From: Marsupella aquatica
Lineage: Eukaryota; Plantae; Marchantiophyta
Direction of reading: 5' to 3'
Length of the DNA: 64,000 nt
Assembly: GCA_973895155.1 (NCBI GenBank)
Contig: OZ316895.1
Coordinates: forward strand, 16,534,170 to 16,598,169
Numbering within the stretch: position 1 is the stretch's first letter; the number at the start of each line of letters is the position of its first letter. This document shows positions 12,552 to 26,547 of the stretch, in pieces. The position numbers and the translations under genes are program-made. The notes below the pieces were generated by a model that did not search any database, was not told the origin of the DNA, and was given only the letters and a program-made list of their open reading frames with translations.

Positions 12552-14313
12552 TTGGAAGAAAAGAAGTGAGGACCCGCCCCCCCCCCCAGACAACGACAAC
12601 AAGGAGAGGGCACAGGAGTCACCATCTAGTCAGGAGAGGAAGTCCAAGAGGCTAAGTTCAGTATACAAAAAGGAGTTTGCCGTAGGTGAAAACCCCAGTC
12701 CTGTTTCTGTGTAGCATGAGCCAAATGGTAAGCATAAAGTCCAAACATGTGAGACAACCCCTCTTGCAATGCTCTCGGAAGAACATCCTTGAAGGAATTG
12801 TATGGACCGTCAGTTTGGTATCATTTGATGCATGCGAGTTCAGCTTGGACTGACCCCTGCCCCTTGCCAGCTTGCTACTTTTTTGGCCTACCACTTGATG
12901 ATTAAGGGCAATATTGAAGCTAGTGATCACCACCTGTCAATCTTTCAGTGAGATCATGAGCAGAAATCTCAAATGGAGGAGCAAGCTATAAGAAGAGCAG
13001 AAGCTACAGAAGAAGCTTACGAACAGAACTTGAGCAAAAGAGGGAAAAGCAAAGGAGGGCTAAGGAAGAAGCAGAGGCACTGCCTAGCTATTTGTTGCAC
13101 ACGTATTTTGCTTTTATAGAAATGGTTAGCTAGCATGTTTTCCTCCTTGCTCCAGCAGCTGTTGTGGTTTTGCCCTTGTGTTCTCCCAAATGGTTTGAGG
13201 GTCAATGTTTCTCACATGCTTCTATCATGAATGGAAAACAAAAGCAGATGCTGCCTTCCAGCAAGCAGAAGTAGAGAGGAAGACCAAACTAGAAGGTGAA
13301 AGGAAGGCCAAGAGCCTTGCTATTCAAGAAGCTGACAAAAGACCAAGCAACGTGAAAGCAAAGAAGCTACTAATGAAAGCTGGTTCAGGGAATCGTTCCC
13401 TGACCTGTGCTGCTTTTACTCTGTGGAAATGCATGGGTGGAGCTTCAAGGAAGTGGACATATCCTAACAAGCTGCAAGGTTAAAAGAAGGGAGACTAAAC
13501 AAGTTAAAGGGGTTTCAAGATTCATACAAGCACCTGGTAGTGGTAGAGATTTGTTGCAATGTGAGTCTCAAGTGCAGAAGCTACCCTCTTTAATTTGCTT
13601 TTGGTTGGGATCATTGTTGTGATCCCAACTGAGTTTGACTAAACGCTATTGTAGATTATCTTAATGATGTAAAATTGATTCTTCAGATCATTTTGTTAAT
13701 GTTTTTGGTAGGCATGGGCTCTGTAACTTATTCATCTGATCATTTGGTGTTTGCATGGACTTGATGTTGTTAGAATTAAAAGTGGCATTGTTCTCTTCTT
13801 GGTTTATTAAACTCAATGCCTATGAAGATAATAAACTTGTCCTCATTATGGGTGTAGGCTCCTTTTGTGATGGATTCAGTGCTCGGTCAACTAAGAGAAG
13901 CCCGCATTCCAATTGTCCTGAAATACTGTATGTTTTCCAAGGTACATAGAACTTGTGATTTTGAATTTGTGAAAAAACCTTTCTTTGGGCTGCTTCATAT
14001 GTGCCTCTGCTGTACTAATTTTCTGGCTATGACCTTTGAAGAATCAATTTGCAAGTGATGAAGCATATTACAAAGGACTTGGGCATAGACAATATATGTT
14101 GCGTTTACCCAGGTACATTTTCTATGTCCATGAAGGCGTCTAATAAGAGGCCGCCTTGGTGTAGGTGTGACCCTATAGGGCTGTGGGCTGGGCTTGTTGC
14201 TGTGACTGAAATGTTTTTGGATGAAGAATTATGCAAACTGAGTGCCTGTCTAATATGTTTTGAATCTGCGTGATAGACTGTAGTTTATGGTGGTGCCAAT
14301 CCACACGGGTTGG

Positions 14314-14656
14314 TGTTAGGTATTTACTCAAGGTCTAGGGTTACGACATATAACCATAGTTAGACTAACCGTAGTCGGAGACGTGGTTAGGTTAACTAGG
14401 ATGCACACTATATGCCAAGCGGTGTTTGTTTGGATAAGTGGAACTTAGGCTCATTGTTATGGAGCCACTTGAGAGATGATGAGAGCTTACACTGTGGAGA
14501 CTTGGTATAGCCGACGGGCTTAGAGTTCAGTAAAGCTCTCTTGTGTGTTCCCGTGGACGTAGCCTCAAGGAGGTGAACCACGTATCTCTTGTGTCGACTA
14601 CTTGCGCATTGGATGTGTCATGTGCTTATCGTTACGAGTGTCGTCTATGCTCAACA
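14314..14656 (+). repeat. 5' LTR (343 bp)
   Basis: TGTTAGG...CTCAACA. By manual comparison it has 10 substitutions versus the 3' LTR (~97% identity). Confidence 0.97.
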
Positions 14657-14658
14657 AT

Positions 14659-14670
14659 TGGTATCAGAGC
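14659..14670 (+). other. Primer-binding site (initiator tRNA-Met)
   Basis: TGGTATCAGAGC two bases after the 5' LTR, the canonical plant tRNAiMet PBS. Confidence 0.95.
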
Positions 14671-16053
14671 ATGCCTGGGAGGTGACGTGTGTTCGTGATG
14701 GGATTTCGTGACGGTTTTTCCAGCGTTGAGTGTCGGTGGATTTCCCGGAGTTCCGTCGCATGGAACTTGGAGTTTATGGGCTCAATGGATAGATCGGGGC
14801 AAGAGCTTTCTTACGGTGTGAAGAAATCGCTGAACGGAGCTCGTGGTGCGGAGAGATCTAAGTTTTTGTCGTTCTGGATTTTGTGAAGAAAGTCGGCAAC
14901 ATTCGTGTTCGACGGTTTTTTGGAGGAGGGACCAGAGTTTATTTTTCTCGATGGTGTGAGCTCTACGGCGAAGGAGGCATCGCATGCTGTAGCTCTGCTT
15001 GTAGATCGGGACGAGCTGTTTGTTTTTGTAGCTGATTTGTTACCAAGTGAGTACCGTGTGCGACGGGACGAGCAAAAGAAGCATTCTGATTTTCTGACTA
15101 GCTACGGAGTCCTCTTTTGCCTGAGCGGGGTTTCCTGTCGTGGCAATCGACTCGGAGGGAGAAGCGTCAAGTGTTTTGACTCAACGGAGAGATTGAGGCA
15201 AGACGATTGTTTTGAGTCCGGGATTGGCTCTTTGATGCGAAGAGGAAGGCTAAGCGAAATCAATTACCTTGTTGCACTTGGTGACGGCACCAAGTGTAAT
15301 TCATCAACATTCATTGTTGACAAGGTACCATTTTTTCTCTTTGAAAAACTGATTCGAAATTGGCTATGGCAATTGAGAAAAATCTGTCATCTTTACCAAT
15401 TTTTTTCTCCCTCGTTCTTTCCTTGTTTTGGGTGCTTCTTATATCGATCTTCACCGCCTCGGAGTCTAGTTTCCAAATCTGAAATCAGATCTTGATTTCG
15501 TCAAAACCCGAGTGAGATATCTTGCGTTTGGTGTCGAGGGGTACATTCTACCGTGTGTATTTTCTGCGCGCGCGACCAGATTTCGATGATGAAGGTGGTA
15601 GGGGGTTTTGGGGGTTCGAGGACACGTGTCAGCCCCTCGATTGTTCTTCCAAAATTCCCACAGGGCCTGTACAAGGGTCATAGAATATTCCAAAAAACCA
15701 GAGAGCTATTTTTTGTCCGTCCGTCGAAGATTTCGTCCGCCGAAAGGTAACTTTTTTCGTTCGTCTTCAGCAAGTTGCTAGCCATCGGAGTTGGCAACGC
15801 GGTGCATAAATTGAATTGCATTTCCGACGTCGGGTACTAGTTCACATTTTGGTTATTCCCCGAGGTGGTCAAAACGGGGGAGAATTCCAAGTTTTACCCA
15901 CCCCGACCGAAAAGTGAATAACTTTTACGTCGGAGTTCAATTTTGATTTTGGTTTTCAGCATTGGAAAGCTAGGCTCGTGGGCTACGTGGCGGTGATAAC
16001 TTTTGAGTTTTTTGAGAAGTTGAGAAAAACGTCATTTTTTCTTGATTTCTCAC

Positions 16054-19000
16054 ATGAGTGACTTGGAGGAGGGTTCTATTGAGTCACCGGAGAGAACAAA
16101 GGAGGAAACGGAAGATCTAGCAGAATTGTGGTCACCGGTATTGCGGCGAGTGACAAGAAAAAGGATGGGGACAATCAAGCTTGAAGGTCCCAAGTTTGAG
16201 GTTACAAAATACAATGGCCGCACAGACTACTTGTTGTGGGAGCGACAAGTGAAGGGGGTACTCCGTGCAACCGGGCTTGGGAAATTGTTGAAGGACCAGC
16301 CTAATGATGTCGACAATGATGACTGGCAGGACATGCAGGAGCAGGTTGTGAGCACCGTGATGCTCTATCTTCAACCTAATGTCATCAAGCAGTTGGCAGA
16401 CCATGTCGATTGTGCATCATTATTTGCCGCATTGGAGCAAAAGTACCATCAAAAGGAGCTATCGAATCGGCTCTACACATCTTTGAAGCTTATGAGCTTC
16501 AAGATGAAGGAGGGAAGTGCAAAGATTCAAGACCATATCGATGGTTTCAACGACCTGGTCATTGATTTGCAAAATCTGGGGAAGGATTTGAGTGATGAGC
16601 GGCAGGCTCTTCACTTGCTTAGCTCTTTACCCTCATCGTATCAGTCATTGTCACGAGTGCTGCTTCATCGTGATAGGAAGACTATCACTTACAATGAAGT
16701 TTTAAGTGCTCTGTTGACTGATGACTTGCAGCAGAAATTGACCATGCCCTCTCAGCCATCATCATCATCTGGTGTTGCCTTGAATGTGAATCGTGGGAGG
16801 TCACAAAAGCGTCAAGAGCAGCGCACGCAGGGCATGGGAAGAAGTAAATCTAGGACAAGATTTGCTTCAAGGGGGAAGTCCCAGGAGAGAAAGCCAGTAG
16901 TCTGTTGGAAGTGTCACAAGGTTGGTCACGTTAAGAGGGATTGTAAGGGTAAGGCAGCTGAATTTTCATTAGCCAATGTGGCTAGTGTTGATGGAGAAGT
17001 TGATTTACTCAATGATGAGTATGTTTTATGAAGTCAGGAGTATGCCCTGTGCACATCATCTAGGAGAGAAAATGATGTGTGGATTCTTGATTGTGCTTGC
17101 TTCTTTCACATTTGTTACATTTGCGAGTATTTCAATTCTTATTCTGTGTCAAACGGTTCAGTTTTGATGGGAAATGATCACTCCTGTCGAGTTGAGGGTA
17201 TTGGGTCTGTAAAGATTCAAATGTTTGATGGCATTGTGCGCATAGTGTTCGGAGTCAGGTTTGTACCTGACATGCATAAAAAATTGATTTCACTCGGTGT
17301 GTTGGATACAAATGGTCATCAATGACGAGTAATTGATGGTGAACTTCAAGTCATGTTGGGAGAGACAGTGATTTTGAAGGGGAGCAGACAGAAGAATTTG
17401 TATGTACTGCAGGGCAATACAATATGTGGAGAGGCCAATGTAACCAAGTCTCACGAGGAAATGACTCAACTGTGGCATTCACGGCTAGGCCACATGAGTG
17501 AGAAGGGATTGGCTATCTTGCGAAAGAATGGGCTTATTTTTGATTTGCAGTCTTGTAAATTGGATTTCTGTGAGCATTGCATTTTTGGAAAGTAGCATCG
17601 TCGTGTTTTCGGTGTTGGAACTCATCGTTCCAAAGCGGTTCTTGAGTACATACATAGTGACGTGTGGAGTCCATCCCCGACTCCCTCACACTCTGGAAAA
17701 TTGTACTATGTATCATTTATTGACGATTACTCAAGATTTGTATGGATTTATTTCATGACGCATAAGTCTGATGTCTTGTCCATTTTTACGAAGTGGAAGG
17801 CCCAAGTGGAGAATCAGACAAGAAACACGGTTAAGTGTTTGGATACAAGGGTGAAAAGTCTGAGGTCAGATAACGGTGGGGAGTACACTTCAATAGAATT
17901 TGAAGAGTACTATGCAGAACAGGGGATAACTCGCCATCTCACCACAGTTTATACTCCGCAACTATCGTATAGATGGAAGAATCAAAAGTGTCTATTTTCA
18001 CTTAAAGACTTGAGTTTCGATCCCTTTAAGAACAGAACTAGATTGAATTGAACATTTTTATCTTTTTGAGAGTTTTAGAGTCTCTTGCTCTCTATTATTC
18101 ACATCTACTCCTAACAGAAGTAAACAAATTAATCAAAATAACAACAAATGGTCTTCTGAGTTATAGGAGAGAATAAGCTTAGACTAAAATGATTTAATTA
18201 GCATTTTAACATTGTCACTCCTTAAGAAAGGACTCTAGTCTTAACATGTATAGAATGGTAACTTGCTATCATTCTTCAATCAACCTTTCTCTTTAACCTA
18301 TAATAATGCTGATTGTGAGAATTTTGCTCACCAAACCCAGGGTAATTATCTGGTTACAAATGCAATGATAAACTTTAAGATGCCGTCAACATGATTTGAC
18401 TAAGTATGATACATGACTTAAGTCAAATTCTAAAGTTTATTCCAGTGCATGGTAATCGGTACTAATTACTCTGAGAAAAGAATTTTGCCTCTCACAAACA
18501 ACATTCATCCTCGAACTGACTAACAAATCTCGTCACAGCGAGCCAGCTTAGCAGTGAATTCAATGTGAATCTTAGAAGCTAATTATTAAACTCAATCACC
18601 ACAAATGTGTCATGAATTTAATCATACTTCAAAATCAAAGCTTTACTTCCATACAAGACTTTGACTCTCAATGTCTTGTTACAATGGAAGGAGGAGAATT
18701 AATCAGCAAATTCCACACTGAATAAGATTCTCTCCCCCATGGAGTAACTCTAAAAGGCTTTATAGGTTTGGGAAGCCTAACATAAAGGAGTTATGGAAAG
18801 GTATACCCTTTTGAGACTAACAAAACTTGACATAATATGATTCTAATACTAAGTCCCAACAAAAATTAAGTCTAAGTGTTGAAATGGCTAAGTGTCATTA
18901 AACTTTTCTGATAGAATATAAGATTTGACTAGATTTCTCTATTTTTAATTCCTAATAACTAACACCCAAAATGCTGATTTTCCTACAGTGGCTTGTACTA

Positions 19001-21897
19001 TCTTCAATCTGCAAGCTGGAAAAATCTCAGACTTTTCTAAGTGGTCTAAGTACTTAAAAGAAATTGGATAAAAGTGCTGTTGGGTGGAAATGCAGTTTAA
19101 CACAGATTTTTCTAAGTGTCGGAAACTAAGTACGTGGACGCTTTGCAAAGCGTCAGAGTATTGGGGACGCTTTCAGAAGCGTCCATACTTTTGTCATCGG
19201 GGTCAGGGACGCTTTCCAAGGCATCAAGTTTTGAAGTCGGACGCTTTCAGAAGCGTCATAATTTTGGTGGACGCTTTCAGGTAGCGTCCGAAAAAATACT
19301 GCAGACAAAGACTTAGTAACTTTGAAAAAATCATAACTTCTTAACCGCTGCTCCGATGAAGCTCAAATCTTGCCAGGATAATCTCCTATGTCCATTCCAT
19401 TTGCTGCCCAAGTTCTAGACATTTCTAAGGTCTCTATCATTTTAAATAAAATAGGAGGAGATTTAACTTTGTAATCTGCGTCAAACACTTAGAATCTGTG
19501 CAGAACCTAGGTTTCTTCACAAAAAGACTGCAAAAATTCGGGAATAAGCTCCAAACGAGGTAATCCAAACAAAATGTCCATCCACAGCAACAGAATGGTA
19601 TCGCTAAGAGGCTTAATCGAACACTGTTGGAGCGATCACGGAGTATGTTGAGCCAATAAGGTTTACCACATGAATTTTGGGCAGAAGCTGTCAATACTGC
19701 AGCTTATTTGGTAAATCTTTCTCCTTCTAGTGCAATCAATTTCAAAACTCCGTTTGAAATGCATTATAAGCGGCAAGCAGACTATTATGGCTTGGTAGTT
19801 TTTGGAAGTGATGCATATACTCTCACACCAAAGCAGAATAGGACCAAGTTGGATCCTACGTCCAAGAAATGTATTTTTTTTGGGTATCAGAGTGGTGTGA
19901 AGGCCTACAGGCTATGGGATCCTATTGCTTGTAAGCTCGTTGTCAGTAGGGATGTTTTCTTTAATGAATCCAGATTATTGAAGGAGGGGGAGAATACTCA
20001 GGTCTCCCATACTGACAAAGGAAAATCTCCTATCCCGGATCTCGTTGAGGGGAAGATTGATCATGAGGTACATGATCGACGAGAAGGAGGTGCTCCAAGC
20101 ATGGAGCTGGTTCCTGTGCCAGAGGAACAAGAGGAGTTTGTTGATGCTGCTGAGCTTCAAATTGTACCAGTAGATGCAATTCAACCGAAGTCATCAACTA
20201 GAAGAACATCTGGTCGCACTATACGCACTCCTCCTAGGTATGGACAGTGGGTTGATTCATCTCAATTGCAAGAGGACGATTTTGCAGCTGATGATGAGGT
20301 GATGCGTTGGTTTTGGAAGAAGGGGAACCTTCTTCATTTCATGAGGCAAGTGCTTCAAAGAAGAAGCAGGAGTGGACTGTAGCAATGCAAACGGAGATGC
20401 AGTCATTGAAGGACAACAAAACTTGGGAGCTTGTTAAGCTGCCTAAGGGTCAGCAAGAGGTGGACAACAATTGGATTTACAAGTTGAAGGATAATTCCAC
20501 AGGAAGTGGATCGAAGGTCTACAAGGCTAGGTTGGTAGCAAAGGGATTCACACAAGAGAAAGGTGTGGATTACAATGAGGTCTTCTCACCAGTTGCTAAG
20601 TACTCAACAATACGACTATTGTGTGTGCTTGTTGTAATGTTTGGTCTACTGCTAGATCAGATGGATGTTGTCACAACTTTCCTCTATGGCACATTGGAAG
20701 AGGTGATCTTCATGAGACAGCCGCTAGGTTTTGTGAAGAGAGGACAAGAGGAGCTGGTTTGCAGATTGTTGAAATCCTTGTATACCAAGATAGTGGAACA
20801 AGCGGTTTGACGATTGGATTTGGTCACAAGGTTTTCACAGGAGTGTGTTTGACCCTTGTGTATATTTGAAACCGGTGAAAAATATTGTCTTTGGGTTCAT
20901 TGTTTTAGTACTTTATGTGGATGACATGCTTATTGCGGCCAATGATAGGTCTGAGATTGTTCAGCTCAAGGCACTGCTAAGTGCAAAGTTTAAGATGAAG
21001 GACTTAGGGCCAGCTAAGAGGATTTTGGGTATGGAGATCACTAGGGACTTGGAGGCTGGTAAGCTATGGTTGACACAAAGTAGTTATACAAGGAAAGTAA
21101 TTGTCAGGTTCAACATGGGGGATAGTAAGCCAGTAAGTACCCCTTTGGCTGCACACTTCAAATTGTCATCAGCTTTTTGTCCCACAGATGCGACAAAGAA
21201 GGGGCTGATGTCAAAGGTTCCTTATGATAAGGCAGTGGGAAGTCTCATGTATTTGATGACTTGCACTAGACCTGATCTTGCCATGGCTATGGGCAAGGTA
21301 AGCAGGTACATGTCGAATCCAGGGAAGGTACATTGGGAAGCAGTGAAGTGGATTATCAGGTACTTGAAGGGTACCGTGGATCATGGTCTTTTATTTGATA
21401 CAAATGCAAATAATGCAAGATCATTGATTGGCTATGTAGATTCTGACTATGGACAAGATCTGGACCGAAGGAGATCAACAACAGGGTACGTGTTCACACT
21501 TGGCGGTGGATGCATAAGTTGGAGGTATACTTTGCAGAAGTGTATTGCTCAGTCTACTATAGAAGCAGAGTATGTTGCAGCAGCGGAAGCAGCGAAGGAA
21601 GCAATTTGGTTGGATAAACTTATCACTGAAATGAGATTGCCACAGGGGAATGTGAAGCTCCATTGTGATAGTCAGAGTGCGCTCCACCTTGCTGTGAACC
21701 AAGTGATGGACAGTAGAGTGAAGCACATAGACGTCAGGTACCATTTTATCAGGCAGGTTGTGTTTGATAATTTGTTTGAGCTAGTCAAGATAGACGGTAA
21801 ACTCAACCCAACTGACGCATTTACCAAAGTGATTCCTTTGGAAAGTTTCTCTAGACATCGTGATGTGTTGCAAGTTTTGCAATTGCGTCACAAGTAA
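16054..21897 (+). pseudogene. Copia gag-pol polyprotein, disrupted
   Basis: Gag with the CWKCHKVGHVKRDC zinc knuckle; protease WILDCACFFH; integrase LWHSRLGHMSE...CEHC, FIDDYSR, LRSDNGGEY, YTPQ|QNGIAKRLNRTLLE; RT YKARLVAKG, QMDVVTTFL, LYVDDML; RNase H YVDSDYG, HIDVRYHFIR. It has in-frame stops (e.g. 17029, 17323, 17593), frameshifts and a nested insertion. Confidence 0.95.
17963..19586. mobile_element. Nested 1624-bp insertion in the integrase, probably a solo LTR of another family
   Basis: Flanked by the 5-bp duplication GCAAC (17958-17962 and 19587-19591). Ends are TA(TG-derived?)...CA, with an imperfect terminal inverted repeat TATAGATGGA/TCCATCCACA. Removing it restores YTPQQNG. No coding capacity was seen. 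Confidence 0.8.
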
Positions 21898-22071
21898 GGG
21901 TTTTTCTTAACATTCGCTGTAATTACTGATATATGCTCTTCTTCACTCCTAGTAATAGGCTACGGTTAGTTCTGGTTTGCTCTAGTTAGAGAGGGGAAAC
22001 CATGTTGGTTTCCGTCCAGAACTTCCCGCTGAGGAATCATATAGGTTAGCAGTATTACCCTCCCCTAGACC

Positions 22072-22088
22072 AGAGTCAAGGGGGAGAT
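22072..22088 (+). other. Polypurine tract
   Basis: AGAGTCAAGGGGGAGAT immediately before the 3' LTR. Confidence 0.9.
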
Positions 22089-22431
22089 TGTTAGGTATTT
22101 ACTCAAGGTCTAGGGTTACGATATATAATCATAGTTAGACTAACCGTAGTCGGAGACGTGGTTAGGTTAACTAGGATGCACACTATATGCCAAACGGTGT
22201 TTGCTTGGATAAGTGGAACTTAGGATCATTGTTATGGGGCCACTTGAGAGATGAGGAGAGCTTACACTGTGGAGACTTGGTATAGCCGACGGGCTTAGAG
22301 TTCAGTAAAGCTCTCTTGTGTGTTCCCGTGGACGTAGCCTCAAGGAGGTGAACCACGTATCTCTTGTGTTGACTACTTGCGCGTTGGATGTGTCATATGC
22401 TTATCGTTACGAGTGTCGTCTATGCTCAACA
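22089..22431 (+). repeat. 3' LTR (343 bp)
   Basis: Direct repeat of 14314-14656, followed by the TSD GTTGG. Confidence 0.97.
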
Positions 22432-25400
22432 GTTGGGAGAGGGACGGTCATGGTGTTCACATCTTTTGAACAGAAAGTCCTGCAAACCAACTCTCTATTT
22501 GCGTTGGAGGCCTTTCTCAAGTTATTTTACAAAACAATAGTCTTGATAAAACTTGATATAATTTTAATAAAAAAGAAACCAAGCACTCACGGCAAGATAT
22601 AGTTACCTTCTTGACTGAACCAGCCATGTATTTTTGCGACCTAGTTGAATGGCTGAATGAACATTGTCATCCAATGAATTTATGTCTCAAATGACAGAAT
22701 GCAGGTTTTGGACTCTTCCACGCACATTGTCTGGTAACAAATTATACTCCCAAAGTACATGTGTCCACCTGGGACACCCTTGGAGACAAGGTTCACTTTG
22801 TTCTCCCATTTTCTGGCATGAGTCGCGGGTGAGTAACACAATGTGGAGCTGGTCCATCGTTGTCTCCTTCCCTCCTTCCCTTCTCTGGTAAGCGCTCCAA
22901 TTGAATCCACTCTTCATAGTATATCCAATTATCCATTTTCCTTCTGATTTGCGCTTTTCAGGTCTTGCATAGTGTGTGGGTTTCATTACACATCTGTGAA
23001 TCTTTCTTCCACTTTTGGATCAAACAAGTCTCATATTTTTCTGGCAACTACCTTGGAAGTGGCATTAGTATGGTGGAGTCATGGGGTTAGGTAAACCAAT
23101 CCTTTTCTCCTTGAGTTCCCTTGTTCCTTTACTGTTTCTCCCTTGCCTAGTGTTCGGGTTTTTCATTACACCTATGAATCTTTAAGTTGCTTCAGAAACG
23201 CTGAGAGGTTTGGTGAATGACTCATTCAGAATACAGAAGTGGAAGCAAGAGGCACTTGGGATGCCCTTGGACATAGAGTTCAAAACAACACTTTCACCTT
23301 GGGATTGATTGAGTCATGTTTTTCTGGCAACTACCTTTGAAATTGCATAAAAGTGGCTGGTCCACCCTTGTTGTTGATATAGTTTTTAACAAACCACCAC
23401 AGCGATTTAAAAAACAAAATCATAGTGAATTGGTCTTGCAAGGCAGAATGTGCATGTTGAGCTGAGGCTTAGTGCACAATACAGTCTCAACTACAGTGGT
23501 GGCAAGAGAATCAGCCAAGCTACTAGGCATTGCATTCAGCAGGAAGAGAGCAGAGCTGGACAGGGGGATGTGACTCTGTTATCATTTTTTTTTGGAGCTG
23601 TTGTTGTTAGAGATGCTAGTAGAGATGATCCCTATTTCAGACAGACAAAAGTGAGGAAGGAAAGATTCTTCTAGAGCCCCCACTAGCTCTGGAATCTGCA
23701 ATTTAATTATGCAGCTAATTGTTTTGTACCACTGCTGTTTAAGTTGCCAATAGAAACAGCAGGAGGGCTCAAGACAGGGTAGAAGTTATGGTCTGACTAG
23801 AGGTTTCACTCTATCTTGTAGGCCTGCCTAGGAAGTAGTTTTTGATTGCTAATTCAAGAATCTCTTGGATGGGTTGTGATTAATATAAGAGTGTTTTCCA
23901 ATAAAATGAAGTTTCCAATTAAGTGGCAAACATTAAGGCGAGGGAGAAAGTTGGCCTCTCCTATTTGGTCTGGCTTGTCTTGTGATGTTAAGGTAGGCCA
24001 CCTATACTGGCACTCTTCTGGGGTGCAGTCATTTGATTGGTTTGGTGAGACTCGTAGTGTTCAGGTGTCATCATGACAGAAACGGAGATTATGTTGTACC
24101 GGAGATGGTCGAGGAGAAGCGCTTCAGAGTCAATGATCTCGTCCCACTAACCTCCACGAACACCTGCCTGGAAGGTGTTAGCTATGACTCTGGCCCTGCA
24201 CATGCCCTGCTCGGCGAGGTAGGTTCATTAACGTTACAGTGGGACGATGACTCAACAGGATGAGGATGACTCAACATGATGATTGAGTTCGCCAGAGAGC
24301 TCGGTATGACTCAGTGAAATGCTAAATATCCAGTGTGGATTTGGCTGACCGTCTTACTTTCTGTTTACACCGAACTTCCATATGATATTGCGCCTCCCTG
24401 ATCATTCTGCTCGGCGCTCTTGTACACTCGACCCGCCATCTTATCCTAAGTGTGAGAATGGATGTCAGTCCGACTTGCAAGGAGATGTGTGGGACTTTGG
24501 GCTGTCGATCTTCAGCATACAAATCCAGTTATTGCTTTTAATTAGACGGAAACTTCAATGAGTCTGCCCACAAATCCCCTTCCAGTCTTATGGATAAACC
24601 AGCCATCAAATATAAAACATTCCAGATTTCCAGAGTACGATTGGATTACCATAGTCTACTGTTCATGAAGCTTGATCTTCGATATGATTACAGTTAAGAA
24701 TTCCAGTGCAGCTCCAGTGGGAATGAATCAGGTGTACTATGCCATCACTGGCGGTCAGTGTCGTACGCAAACAGTTCACTAGAATTACAATATGTCAATA
24801 CTTTTGCCTCAAATGAGCTGCTTTATAAAATTATTATAGGAACTGGAAGGTACATTTGGGCGGACAGCCCACAGAAGCGGGGAACAAAATAGGGTGCCTC
24901 AAGAAAACGTGTCTTCGCCAATGCGGCAGTGTAACTGACATTCAGAGAATAACTTACAATAAAGAGACGCTAATTTCAACGCACGACATTGAGAGAGGAT
25001 CAGTGTGGAGTTCCCAACGATTCCAGGAGGGATTCGAGGAGTTGGAATACTGTAGTAGGAACCGTCGTCTCTAGTCCTCGTCATGCAAGGAGGTGTCTTA
25101 GAATTTTCCTGGGAGCCTGGCTCGAGAAATTCAAAATCTCCAACAAGGTCGATCGAAAATCCTATTCAAATAAACTGTGTACTAGGCATATCGTCTATTA
25201 AATAACATTCGCTCACAAATCTTCCCTGGGCAATATGCAGTCAAGTTATGGTCTAACTAGCTGTGAGCAACTATGAAGTCAGTTTAGATATATATATAGT
25301 TATGAATCGCTCTTAAAGAAATGTTCTTAATCGTGTCCATGATACTAGTCAGGTCTTCCTGTCGCACAATTCATGAACGCACGTCATGCAGAAAGTCCAC

Positions 25401-26547
25401 AAATAAAAGAGATTCGAACTGCAATCCAATGTGAGATGGGATCAAAGCATATTCGAAAGTCGAATCCTCACTGCGATCCCTGTTCTGTATGGCAGCACCG
25501 GTCTTCAATAGGCTCCTCCATTATGGAATCACGAATTCACGAAACAGGGCGCATTCGACAATAATCAGCACATAGTGGAAATATTCTGTGTGCCGTAGAA
25601 TATGTGCTAGGACGGTCGCGCTACAATCCTTAGCCAAGAAAGTAACGACGAGATCGACCTTACACGCCGAAAATGCCTCCCGTGTAATTTGCGAGCCTTG
25701 TGCATAGCCCCAGCTAGGCCAAGACATTCTTGCAGACCGTCAACAAATTCACGTACCCACCATCCGATCCACCGACGAAGGTTAAACCCTGGCCAACCGT
25801 ATGCAATGATAGCAACTGTGTCAGCCAATTGTACATTTTGAAAAGCTGCTCATGACAACATTTCTCGACAGTCGTCACACCCAATTTAGGCAGACACTCT
25901 GAGACTGCCCTGCATTTTAGGTACAGTACAGTACAGTACTCGATTATTGAGGAGAGTTAGAGCTAGAACTCGAGATGAAGTCCAGCCAGACAAAAATCTA
26001 TCATTCTTCTAAATTTACCCAATTAGGAGTCACCACACAGAACTCCTAATTCGGTAAGTTTGGAAGAATGATAGATTTGACAAACTTACCTTTGCGCAAA
26101 AATGGTAGCGGTTTAATGCTCATCGAATCCAATCCAAAAATTTCCCTGCAGAGGTGCCCAACTTGAAGCTTTACTCCGTTCCAAAGTCCAAACCAACAAT
26201 CATGATTGCAGGAGATCTGTTGCTCACTCCATTGTTCGTGTCTATCGCTCCTTCGTTCTCTGCCCACGAGTAAATTGTACCGAGACTATATAACTATATC
26301 AGCCACAGCTCCAGAACTCACTCTCGCTCGGCCTCGCTTTGGACCTGCCCTAGTTCCCTCCATTGAAGCCACGTTTCCTTCTCTGTCCTTCATTGTAGCA
26401 ACAATAACAACTTGGCCAGAAGCTCTGCATGCAAGTACGGTAGGCAAGATTTTTCCAAACCATTTGTTGAGGACTTACGTATGTGCTGCGATCAGCATCA
26501 GCTACCGTAGCTAGCCCAAATAGTTTGATGCAAGATGACAATCATAG

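Larger units (their letters stand above)
14314..22431 (+). mobile_element. Full-length Ty1/copia LTR retrotransposon (inactivated)
   Basis: TG...CA LTRs at both ends, 5-bp TSD GTTGG (14309-14313 and 22432-22436), PBS, PPT, and gag-PR-IN-RT-RNaseH in copia order. Confidence 0.97.

Noticed and set aside
12600-13620. Lys/Glu-rich coiled-coil-like coding fragments
   Set aside because: Broken by stops in all frames and no family could be recognised; probably decayed transposon or gene debris.
14905-15495. 196-aa ORF in the copia leader as an extra gene
   Set aside because: GTG start and no recognisable motif; probably chance openness in the GC-richer untranslated leader.
19136-19289. CRISPR array
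   Set aside because: Eukaryotic transposon context, spacers are only 10-22 nt and irregular, repeats are degenerate, and there are no cas genes.
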